Part shown: positions 56,184-64,000 of the stretch, piece after piece
How positions within the stretch are numbered: position 1 is the first letter of the stretch
Layout: the number at the start of each line of letters is the position of its first letter
NCBI GenBank assembly: GCA_001818155.1
Contig: MHJU01000005.1
Coordinates: 11,805 to 75,804, forward strand
Source of the DNA: Candidatus Jacksonbacteria bacterium RIFCSPLOWO2_02_FULL_44_20
GTDB lineage: Bacteria; Patescibacteriota; Patescibacteriia; UBA9629
Reading direction: 5' to 3'
DNA length: 64,000 bases
The notes under the pieces: model-generated
What the model was told of the DNA's origin: nothing
What the model saw: only the letters and a program-made list of their open reading frames with translations
The model's database searches: none
Translations under genes and position numbers: made by a program

Positions 56184-57568
56184 ACAGCTCCTTCCTTCCT
56201 CCATAAAACCGCAAACGGCGTTTTAAGAAGAATTGCGATGTCCATTTTCAGGTTCCAATGTTCAACATAGTAAAGATCAAGCCGGGCTTCTTCGTCAAAA
56301 TCAAGCGCGCTTCTTCCTGAAATCTGCGCGCATCCTGTGATTCCCGGGCGAATGTTCAACAGTTTGCGCTGATACGGTTTATATCTCGTTACCTCTTCCT
56401 CTTCGTGCGGACGCGGGCCAACGAGACTCATGGCGCCGATAAGAACATTGTAAAAATTCGGCAGTTCGTCCAGGCTCCATCGCCGCAGAAAACGCCCGGT
56501 CGGCGTTATCCTGGGATCATTTTTCATTTTGAATAAAGGCCCGTTTCGTTCATTCATTGGCAGAAGTTTTGGTTTCAATTCTTCCGCGTCTTTTATCATT
56601 GAGCGAAATTTATAAAGTTTGAAGGATTTGCCGTTTTCCCCGACGCGCGCAAGTTTTACAAATACCGCGCCATGAGACGTAAATTTAATAAAGAGCGCGA
56701 TAATGATTCCTGGGATGAAAAATATAAGGAGCGCGAGCGCGCTTAGAAAAATATCCATAATGCGTTTTCGGACTCGCCCCCACCCTTCAAGCGGAGTGCG
56801 TTTAATGCTGATAAGAGGAAATCCTACTATCGCTTCCATTTCAATGCGCGGCAAGGCGGCTGAAAAAATGTCTGGCGCGTATCTGAAATCCATATGCCGC
56901 GTTTCGCAGAGGACGAGAAATTCATTCACTTTTTCTTTTGAAAAATTCAGGTCAGTGAGGATAACTTCTTCAATTTGATGGTTTGTCAATTTTTGTTCAA
57001 GTTGCGAGGCTGTGAATACCCTGCCACAAACTCTATAACCCCATCCGCGATTTCGTGAAAGCGTCTCAATAAAATGGGTTGTGTTTGAGTCCCCGCCGAT
57101 AACTATCACCGGCTTTGTGCCTATGAGATGCGCGAGAAGTATTTTACGGATGATCCGAACAATGCCCCGCGCGATGATAACGAAAAGTATCGCAAACCCT
57201 GAACCTGTAAGAATGATGAACCGCGAGGCATAAAAAAAATCGCGCTTGAAAAAAAGAAATACCACGACTCCAACCATTCCGGCAATTGTCGCGAGGATAA
57301 TTTTACCGATCTGATCAATAAACACCCGCAGTTGTTTTGGGTTGTAAAGCCCGGCAATCGCAAAAAAAATCACCCAAACTACCGCCATTCCCGCAACAAA
57401 CACAAGATATTGCCTAAGAGGAAGCTGATAAAATATCGGACTCACAAGCTCAAACTGCCTGATGAAATCTGTGGAACGCAGGCGATACGCAACGATACTT
57501 GCGAGGATAAACATTGCGTAATCAAGAGGCGGAAGTATAAGTGTATAAAAAAATTCCGAACGGCGCAT
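56180..57568 (-). CDS. Undecaprenyl-phosphate glycosylphosphotransferase (WcaJ/WbaP-like)
   Basis: KR.MD, KFRSM, DPRIT..G.FLR..SLDELP, MSLVGPRP, PGITG.AQ. Confidence 0.95.
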   Translation of the reverse strand: MRRSEFFYTLILPPLDYAMFILASIVAYRLRSTDFIRQFELVSPIFYQLPLRQYLVFVAGMAVVWVIFFAIAGLYNPKQLRVFIDQIGKIILATIAGMVGVVVFLFFKRDFFYASRFIILTGSGFAILFVIIARGIVRIIRKILLAHLIGTKPVIVIGGDSNTTHFIETLSRNRGWGYRVCGRVFTASQLEQKLTNHQIEEVILTDLNFSKEKVNEFLVLCETRHMDFRYAPDIFSAALPRIEMEAIVGFPLISIKRTPLEGWGRVRKRIMDIFLSALALLIFFIPGIIIALFIKFTSHGAVFVKLARVGENGKSFKLYKFRSMIKDAEELKPKLLPMNERNGPLFKMKNDPRITPTGRFLRRWSLDELPNFYNVLIGAMSLVGPRPHEEEEVTRYKPYQRKLLNIRPGITGCAQISGRSALDFDEEARLDLYYVEHWNLKMDIAILLKTPFAVLWRKEGAV

Positions 57569-57577
57569 ATGCCAGAT

Positions 57578-57606
57578 ACTATATCGCTCTTTTGTATTTT
57601 TCGCAA
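57578..57606 (-). promoter_or_regulatory. Putative promoter of the sugar transferase gene
   Basis: TTGCGA-17nt-TATAGT, 9 nt before the ATG. Confidence 0.6.
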
Positions 57607-57608
57607 CC

Positions 57609-57637
57609 TTGCCAAGTATTAAATTTTATGGTATTTT
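57609..57637 (+). promoter_or_regulatory. Putative rnpB promoter
   Basis: TTGCCA-17nt-TATTTT with extended -10 TG. Confidence 0.55.
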
Positions 57638-57640
57638 ACA

Positions 57641-58089
57641 CCTTGCTTTGACAACTCGAGTAATCGCCCCGCTTCGCTCTTACGAGCTACGTGGGGAGGA
57701 AAGTCCGGACTCCTTTTCCGATGAAAATCGGAATGACAATGCTTAGCAGATAACGTCTGCCGCTTCGCGTTAATTAAAGTTAGCGCGTAGTAGGGAAAGT
57801 GCCACAGAGACAATACCGCCCACACTAGCTTTAGCGAAGGTGGGTAAGGGTGAAAAGTGTGGTGTAAGAGACCACGGCTTGTATAGGCAACTATACAAGG
57901 AGGAAAACCCTAGGCGGAGAAAGCAGGAATGGTACCCCTTGCTAACTTTTTATTGCAATCACATATGCGAGGCAAACGACTGAAATTAAAAGTTAGCGAG
58001 GGGAGCCCTGCGCTTGAGCCTGATGGCGACGTCAGGCCTTAGGTAGATGATTACTTAGAAACAGAATCCGGCTTATGAGGTTCCAAGGC
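57641..58089 (+). ncRNA. rnpB: RNase P RNA (ends approximate)
   Basis: Conserved GAGGAAAGTCC (57696), GAAAGTGCCACAGA, GGGTGAAA, ACAGAATCCGGCTTA (58061); P2 pairing GAGTAATC/GATTACTT. Confidence 0.95.
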
Positions 58090-58118
58090 AATAAAAATAG
58101 CCTAAGAAATTTTCTTGG

Positions 58119-59273
58119 CTATTTTTTAATTTCACCAATAATTCCAATCATCTCATTCACACGCTTTTCCCACGAGTTCTCTTTTGCATATTCTATCCGT
58201 TTTCTGGCGCGATCTTCAGTGTTTTCAGAAAGCGCGCGATCAATCGCTTCGCTGAATTCATCGTAGCTTTTTGCGTAATACAAAAGATCGCTGTCAGACA
58301 CAAGTTTTTGAGTCGCCACAACAGGAAGCCCTGCGGCAAGGTACTCGTAAAATTTCATCGGATTCATGGAAGTGGTAAGTTCATTTATTTTATGCGGGAT
58401 AATTGCCACGTCAAAAGTTGAGAGATAATGTTTGAGTTCATTGTTCGGCACAGGCCCTGTAAAAATAACATTTCCGCATGCGCTCACTCTATGCGCTTCC
58501 GCGTCCTTCCACACAGGTCCAACAAACACAAATTGCTTATCTTTCTTTGATTTCGCAAGAAAACATACGAGATCAAAATCAACTCTAGACTGGATAGTGC
58601 CAACATATCCGATTGTCGTTTTTTTCTTCCGCAAAGGCGCGCGGTCAATGCTTGCCGAATCAACTCCGTTTGGAATCCAGCGCGTATTTTTATGATCATA
58701 AAACAGATGATTCTTCAAGTGTTCAGAAACTGTAAAAATGCAGTCAGAATTTTTCGCGATCAGAGAGTAATTGCGCGCTAGAACTTTAATGTATTTGCGG
58801 TATGCCGGATGCGCGCGCCAATCGTCCACAGCGTCAAACACAATTATGTCGTTTGGAAGCTCGCTGAAGCAATTAGCGTATAATGGAAAGTACGACCAAA
58901 TAATGCGCGTCTCGTTTTCGTTTTTATCTGTCGCTCCAAGACGTTTGAGACGACCGCACAAACCGCTCATGCAGTAGGTAGTATACACTTTCAGTTTATC
59001 CTTCACGCTATAGAGGATGCCTCCATAATCCTTTGCAATGATGCGATAACTGGTTTTATAAATTTCAAACGATACAAACAAAAATGCGGAGAGTTTTTTC
59101 CGCCACTGCAAAGGAAGATATTCAACCATAATCACCTCCCTAACTTCCCGACGTTTCAGCAATTCATTAAGAATGTAGTAGTTTCGGTTTCGCACCCCCC
59201 GCCCCCATTCTTTGTAAGAAGACATGGAAAACATCAGAATGCGATATTGCGGAGTTTTCATATCAGTAATCAA
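58119..59273 (-). CDS. GT-B glycosyltransferase (TuaH-like)
   Basis: FDAVDDW, IPNGVD, IGYVG, NPMKFYEYLAAGLPVV. Confidence 0.9.
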   Translation of the reverse strand: MITDMKTPQYRILMFSMSSYKEWGRGVRNRNYYILNELLKRREVREVIMVEYLPLQWRKKLSAFLFVSFEIYKTSYRIIAKDYGGILYSVKDKLKVYTTYCMSGLCGRLKRLGATDKNENETRIIWSYFPLYANCFSELPNDIIVFDAVDDWRAHPAYRKYIKVLARNYSLIAKNSDCIFTVSEHLKNHLFYDHKNTRWIPNGVDSASIDRAPLRKKKTTIGYVGTIQSRVDFDLVCFLAKSKKDKQFVFVGPVWKDAEAHRVSACGNVIFTGPVPNNELKHYLSTFDVAIIPHKINELTTSMNPMKFYEYLAAGLPVVATQKLVSDSDLLYYAKSYDEFSEAIDRALSENTEDRARKRIEYAKENSWEKRVNEMIGIIGEIKK

Positions 59274-60255
59274 ATTTTTGTTTTACGCGCTCATATCCAT
59301 TTTCCCCCATTTTACGCGCCAAAAAAGGATTTTTCATGCATGTTTCAATCGCGCGCGCGATATCTTTCGGATCTAACGGATCAACAAGAAATCCTGTGCG
59401 TCCTTCATCAACAGCTTCTGGAATCCCCCCGCTTCTTCCGCCGATCGCGGGTTTTTTAAAAACAGCGGCTTCAAGAAACACAATACCAAACCCTTCAACG
59501 TCTCCATCAATATCGCGCGAAGGCATTATAAAAGCGTCGCATGATTTGTAATATCCGAAAATCGCCGGGCGGGAGATTGATCCAAAAAAACGCACAGCAT
59601 TTTCTATGTTACAGGTTTTAGCTATCTCGCGCAAACGCATTTCATCGTCTCCTTCGCCGATAATCCAGTAACTTATCCTCGGTAAACGCGAAATTGCGCG
59701 AATCACCATGTCAAAACCTTTGCGCTTTACAAGGCGCCCGACGCTCAATAGAACAAACGGCGCGTCTTTTGGAATGAGCGGCGAGGAGAGCGAATCTTTT
59801 TCAAGCGCCGAAGAACTGACCCGCGGATATTCAACAATGATTTTTCCGCGCGGAATTCCGTAGCGATTTGCGATACTGCCCCGCACATATTCGGAATTTG
59901 AGCGCAATTCACCCGCATTTGAAAGAATGACGCGCGTCCAGAAACGTTTCCAAAAAGAAAGTCTGGACAGAACGTCTTTCCCATGCGCGTAAACATTATA
60001 TGAAATGCCGCAAAAAAATTTCAAAACAAGCGCTAAATAGCCGAGCGGCAGTATATTTCCGACAAGAAGTCTGTTGAATTTTTTTCTCCGATGAAAAAGC
60101 TCCGGAAAATAAGAAAGCCATGAAAGAGGAGTTTTTTTATATTCCAAATGAAGAACCATAACCGCGCCCTTCGCGCGTTTCACTGTAACAGCATAATATT
60201 CCGCCATGCCGCCGATATCTGGAGGATAATCAAAAGTAACAAGAAGAGATTTCAT
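59263..60255 (-). CDS. Glycosyltransferase family 4 (PimB-like)
   Basis: DYPPDIGG, VGRLVKRKG, EGFGIVFLEA, GGIPEAV. Confidence 0.92.
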   Translation of the reverse strand: MKSLLVTFDYPPDIGGMAEYYAVTVKRAKGAVMVLHLEYKKTPLSWLSYFPELFHRRKKFNRLLVGNILPLGYLALVLKFFCGISYNVYAHGKDVLSRLSFWKRFWTRVILSNAGELRSNSEYVRGSIANRYGIPRGKIIVEYPRVSSSALEKDSLSSPLIPKDAPFVLLSVGRLVKRKGFDMVIRAISRLPRISYWIIGEGDDEMRLREIAKTCNIENAVRFFGSISRPAIFGYYKSCDAFIMPSRDIDGDVEGFGIVFLEAAVFKKPAIGGRSGGIPEAVDEGRTGFLVDPLDPKDIARAIETCMKNPFLARKMGENGYERVKQKFDY

Positions 60256-61679
60256 AGAAGATGCCGCAAAAATTTGAGGTTAATGCCGCGAAAAATAAAA
60301 AGCGCGACAAAATATACGACGCATCCGAGAAGGATCAAAAAATACCACTGCGCATATGGAGACAAAAATTCAAGCGCCGCGTACATTATTATTGAAGACA
60401 AAATTACTTTTGCCGCGTGCCGCGCGAGTGCGCCTCCAATGACTGCAATACGCTCGCGAATAAAATACGCGTCTGACGCAAAGATCAAAATGTGAGTTGC
60501 AAGAAGAGCGACTGCGGCTCCAACTACGCCAAAACTCGGTATTAGAAATATATCCAAACCAATAAGCGCGATTATTCCGAACGCGCGTGAAATGGCCGTG
60601 CGCTTTTGGCGATTTATCGCGTTTAAAAGATTCCCTGTCGGGAAGGCGAGAAAAATAAACGGAAGCGAAAAGAGGATAATTTTTGAAGGTATAATCGCTG
60701 GAGAATACTCATCCCGAAATAACGCGCGCAAAATCTCGTCTCCAAGCGCAAAAAATCCGACTGAAAGCGGGATGCTGATTGCGAGAAGGTATTCAAAAGT
60801 ATAACGGAATATAGTCCGCAGTCCTTCTTCTGATTTTTCGTGCAAGTGTGAAAATGCCGGATATATCGCGCCCATAAGCGCGGTTGGCAGTGTTAAAGAA
60901 AGCGCTGTAACTATTTTAAGAGGCACGCTATAAAGCCCGACAGCGCGATAATCTGCCGAGAACTGGCGCAAAAGCACAATGTCAATTGTGTTTAAAATTT
61001 TCACCACAATCGCAACTGCGGCAAAAGATGGGATGCTTTTAAGAAGAAATTTTACAGTCGCGGAATCATAACAAGGATATATTCGCAGACGAAATTTTTT
61101 CAAAAGAACAAAAGATACGAATGCGATATTTATGATTGTGGCGACAAGAAGCGCGTAAATGAGAAAGCGGATATCGCCTGAAAGTTGTATTGAAACAACC
61201 CCTATTAAAACAGTAACAAGTTGCGAAATTAAAACCCCAATGCTTTCGTATTGCAATTTTTGCAGGGCGCGGAGAGCTCCGTACAGAAAAAGCGCGATGT
61301 TGTCCAACACAACCCAGATAAATGCGAGCGTAATAAGACCGCTCGTGTTTGCGTGGAAAATTCGCGCGCTTCCGATTGTCGCGATTCCAGCAATAATAAA
61401 AAGCGGAATTTTAATTGCAAACGCGGCGTTGATATAGCGCATTGCCTCAACTGGTTTTTTTGAGGCTTCGCGCACAAAGACGAGATATAATCCAAGATCG
61501 CCGATAATAAAAAAGAGCGTTGCGTACGATAACACGAACTGCAAACGCCCCAAATCTTCGGCTCCGCCGGGAAGATTATTTGAATAATACCAAAAATAAA
61601 CGCTTGAAATGATCCTCTGAATCACGAGGGCTCCTGTGAAAAAAATACTGTTTCTTGCAATGCTACGCGCGGTGTGCAT
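60252..61679 (-). CDS. Wzx-type polysaccharide flippase
   Basis: IARNS, DLGL...VRE, ID.VLL, VGLYS, LIP.FG..GAA; about 12-14 TM segments. Confidence 0.92.
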   Translation of the reverse strand: MHTARSIARNSIFFTGALVIQRIISSVYFWYYSNNLPGGAEDLGRLQFVLSYATLFFIIGDLGLYLVFVREASKKPVEAMRYINAAFAIKIPLFIIAGIATIGSARIFHANTSGLITLAFIWVVLDNIALFLYGALRALQKLQYESIGVLISQLVTVLIGVVSIQLSGDIRFLIYALLVATIINIAFVSFVLLKKFRLRIYPCYDSATVKFLLKSIPSFAAVAIVVKILNTIDIVLLRQFSADYRAVGLYSVPLKIVTALSLTLPTALMGAIYPAFSHLHEKSEEGLRTIFRYTFEYLLAISIPLSVGFFALGDEILRALFRDEYSPAIIPSKIILFSLPFIFLAFPTGNLLNAINRQKRTAISRAFGIIALIGLDIFLIPSFGVVGAAVALLATHILIFASDAYFIRERIAVIGGALARHAAKVILSSIIMYAALEFLSPYAQWYFLILLGCVVYFVALFIFRGINLKFLRHLL

Positions 61680-61717
61680 ATTTCGCTATGGTAGCATAAG
61701 AGCCCGAGAAAAGACAA

Positions 61718-62041
61718 CTAAACTGAATTCATTCCTGATACAGTATCAGTTACTTTACCAATCACCCTTTCCGATCCTTTTCTTGCTAAAATTTCTTTTA
61801 ATTTCAGAATTATTCTGTAATACTCTTCCTTTGGAAGGTTTTTCATGATTTCTTCGGCTCTATTTAGATGGCTTATTTCCGGAATCTCATTTCTAACAGC
61901 AAAAATCGCGTCATTAAACATTTTCAGTTTTTCCGCATCTGTATAAGGCGTATCTTTCCTAAAATGGATCATAAAATCCTTCACGAAAGCTTCTTTCCAT
62001 GGTTCTTTTATTTCAGTGCTACGCATTGTTTCTTGGTTCAT
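61718..62041 (-). CDS. Hypothetical protein downstream of the CRISPR array
   Basis: 107-aa ATG-initiated ORF filling the intergenic space; no motif recognised. Confidence 0.55.
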   Translation of the reverse strand: MNQETMRSTEIKEPWKEAFVKDFMIHFRKDTPYTDAEKLKMFNDAIFAVRNEIPEISHLNRAEEIMKNLPKEEYYRIILKLKEILARKGSERVIGKVTDTVSGMNSV

Positions 62042-62148
62042 AGCAATAAAATTACTGCACTACAACGTTGATTTGAAAAATAAACGCTGAAATGCAAAAT
62101 TAAAACTTTTCTCTTATTCGTAATTAGTAATTCTTAATTCGTAATCAT

Positions 62149-63001
62149 TGAAGCAAAAGTAGAAATTTTATAGAGGTATTTGGCTTGTATAGTACTGTAT
62201 GCTATCATTCCTAATCTACAAAAGTAGAAATTTTATAGAGGTATTTGGCAATATCATTTTTCCTCTTCACCCATTCATATCTACAAAAGTAGAAATTTTA
62301 TAGAGGTATTTGGCTAATCAGCAAGAATATATTCAACGATGAATCTACAAAAGTAGAAATTTTATAGAGGTATTTGGCCGCGGCTAATTCGCCTAACGAT
62401 ACCTATCTACAAAAGTAGAAATTTTATAGAGGTATTTGGCTTCATAAAAAGTTCTCTCTAGATGATATCTACAAAAGTAGAAATTTTATAGAGGTATTTG
62501 GCTAATGCAACACAGACAGGGAATGTAAATCTACAAAAGTAGAAATTTTATAGAGGTATTTGGCCATTGAAGATAAATTCAAAGAGACACTATCTACAAA
62601 AGTAGAAATTTTATAGAGGTATTTGGCAAAAATATGAAGAAATACCAAGAACTGAATCTACAAAAGTAGAAATTTTATAGAGGTATTTGGCTGATGAATG
62701 CGAACACCGAAAAGAACGATCTACAAAAGTAGAAATTTTATAGAGGTATTTGGCTTTTTGTTCAGTTCGTCAGAAGTATTATCTACAAAAGTAGAAATTT
62801 TATAGAGGTATTTGGCCTCACACACGCTGATGCAGACAACAATCTACAAAAGTAGAAATTTTATAGAGGTATTTGGCGCGAGAGCAGGGATTTGGAACGT
62901 AATATCTACAAAAGTAGAAATTTTATAGAGGTATTTGGCATGTTGATGGAAAAACTCCCACAGACATCTACAAAAGTAGAAATTTTATAGAGGTATTTGG
63001 C
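62149..63001 (-). CRISPR. Type V-A-like CRISPR array: 14 repeats of 36 nt, 13 spacers of 25-29 nt
   Basis: Repeat on - strand is GCCAAATACCTCTATAAAATTTCTACTTTTGTAGAT, ending in a Cas12a-type handle (AATTTCTAC-TTTT-GTAGAT). Thirteen identical copies start at 62214, 62279, 62343, 62405, 62467, 62529, 62592, 62656, 62719, 62781, 62842, 62904, 62966, plus a degenerate terminal copy at 62149. Confidence 0.98.
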
Positions 63002-63162
63002 ACTGAATGTGCCTATAATAAGCCAAAAAGATGCAAATCTTGCATAAAGCAAAGACGACTTTTTGGCTTATTGTAGGGCTTTGGAAAATATAAAGACCAA
63101 GGTTTGGTCAATTTGGTTAATACCTGCATCATAACTTCTACTTTTCTACTTTTTGTGAGTTT
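63002..63162 (-). promoter_or_regulatory. CRISPR leader
   Basis: AT-rich non-coding region between the cas2 stop and the intact first repeat, at the end opposite the degenerate repeat. Confidence 0.85.
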
Positions 63163-63450
63163 TCAAAGATCCGTCAGGCACACCACTTCTTTCTCTTGAT
63201 GTGCCGCCGCGCCATAACGCCGAACTTTCTTCTTGCACCCTTCGCATAACTGCATTATATATACGCTATCAGTAAGCTCAAATTTTTGCTTATACTTGCA
63301 TTCTACCTCGCTCACTATATTTTGCAAGACTCGCTGGCTGTTCCGCAACTCAAACACAGAATACTGCATGCGATTCCCAAACTTCTTTAAAAACTTAGAA
63401 AACCGCGACCGCTTTTTATCATTTGTTATATCGTACGAAACAATCAGCAT
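63163..63450 (-). CDS. cas2: CRISPR-associated protein Cas2
   Basis: MLIVSYDITNDKKR..FSKFL..FG.R.QYSVFE. Confidence 0.96.
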   Translation of the reverse strand: MLIVSYDITNDKKRSRFSKFLKKFGNRMQYSVFELRNSQRVLQNIVSEVECKYKQKFELTDSVYIMQLCEGCKKKVRRYGAAAHQEKEVVCLTDL

Positions 63451-63465
63451 AATCGTAAAACCCGG

Positions 63466-64000
63466 TTATCCGCTTACCTTAAAAAACGGATAATCAGTTG
63501 TGTTATTCAAAATGCAATAATAAAAATCCCGCGCATACACAAACAAATCTTCCTTGCGCTCCATAATGCTGTCAAAAAACAGCTCAAGATATTTTTGCTG
63601 GTTTTGATACGACAACTGATACTGCCCGCGCGAAACAGTAAAATCTTTTTTATCAATTTGCTTTAAGCGATACGCCTTATAAATTTGTTTATCAATGACG
63701 CACCGAAACGGCTCCATCACATCGCACGCCAGCGATTTGCGCTGAAAAAACAGCTTGTGGTATATGCCTTTATAGGTATCAAAGCCGTAGAGCCGCAGAA
63801 GCGCGTCGGTGAAATTAAATAAAAACGTGTAGCCAATATCCATAAGCACGTTTGTTATATCTCCCTTTGTGCGCGGGCTTCGCCTAATCCATCCAAATTC
63901 TTTAAAGTATTGCTGAAAAAATTCTCGCGTGTGTTGTCCTTCCGTGCCGAGTAATGCTTTGTGATTTTTTACCGCATCAATATTTAACGCCGCTTCTTTA
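63466..64000 (-). CDS. cas1: CRISPR-associated endonuclease Cas1 (5' part outside window)
   Basis: Frame is open to the window edge: LLGTEG...YF...W.RR.PR.K.D.TN.LMDIGYT.LFN...GFD.Y.G.YH..F.QRKSL.CD.MEPFR. Confidence 0.95.
   Translation of the reverse strand, partial: KEAALNIDAVKNHKALLGTEGQHTREFFQQYFKEFGWIRRSPRTKGDITNVLMDIGYTFLFNFTDALLRLYGFDTYKGIYHKLFFQRKSLACDVMEPFRCVIDKQIYKAYRLKQIDKKDFTVSRGQYQLSYQNQQKYLELFFDSIMERKEDLFVYARDFYYCILNNTTDYPFFKVSG

Noticed and set aside
57619-57825. 68-aa - strand ORF
   Set aside because: Antisense to RNase P RNA.
62628-62655. Spacer resembling the start of the hydrolase gene (ATATGAAAAAATATCAA near 17725), suggesting self-targeting
   Set aside because: Only a partial AT-rich match with mismatches, as expected by chance. 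No convincing protospacer was seen in the window by eye.
63119-63159. Reading the anti-repeat as a + strand mini-array or regulatory crRNA
   Set aside because: On the + strand the TCTAC/GTAGA handle stem cannot form, so Cas12a loading is unlikely.
63466-63849. Apparently truncated 127-aa Cas1
   Set aside because: The frame stays open with Cas1-like sequence to the window edge, so this is a boundary artefact.
1-64000. Alternative genetic code (TGA=Gly) as in some CPR lineages
   Set aside because: TGA ends full-length conserved genes (tmk, greA, rpmG, uvrB, cas2) and long genes are uninterrupted under code 11.

Overview
Chromosomal segment of a Candidate Phyla Radiation (Patescibacteria/Parcubacteria-like) bacterium using standard code 11, with almost all genes on the - strand. 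It carries housekeeping genes (gatB, frr, holB, two mreB, gyrB, greA, mrdA-mreD-mreC, metG, uppP, gap, pyrH-tsf-rpsB, rpmE, rpmG, uvrABC, tpiA, scpAB, rseP, rplA, secA/D/F), several surface-glycan glycosyltransferase clusters, tRNA-Thr, tRNA-Tyr and RNase P RNA. It ends in the distal part of a type V-A-like (Cas12a-type) CRISPR locus: partial cas1, cas2, and 14 repeats/13 spacers. Best candidate for an undescribed system: a pyrimidine-nucleotide operon (2094-7836). Its thymidylate-synthase homologue has Asp instead of Asn at the dUMP/dCMP specificity position, its 'dCTP deaminase' lacks the deaminase Glu, and its dCMP-deaminase homologue is fused to a HAD phosphatase. Together these suggest a uracil-free dCTP->dCMP->5-methyl-dCMP->dTMP route (inference, untested). 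A PvuII-like R-M pair is inserted in that operon. Second highlight: a near-full-length anti-repeat in the CRISPR leader. Also seen: a dispersed 20-bp palindrome and 7-bp-period tracts at gene ends, SecD with a permuted parvulin insert, and a decayed hicBA pair. All alignments were done by eye against remembered reference motifs; no searches were run.
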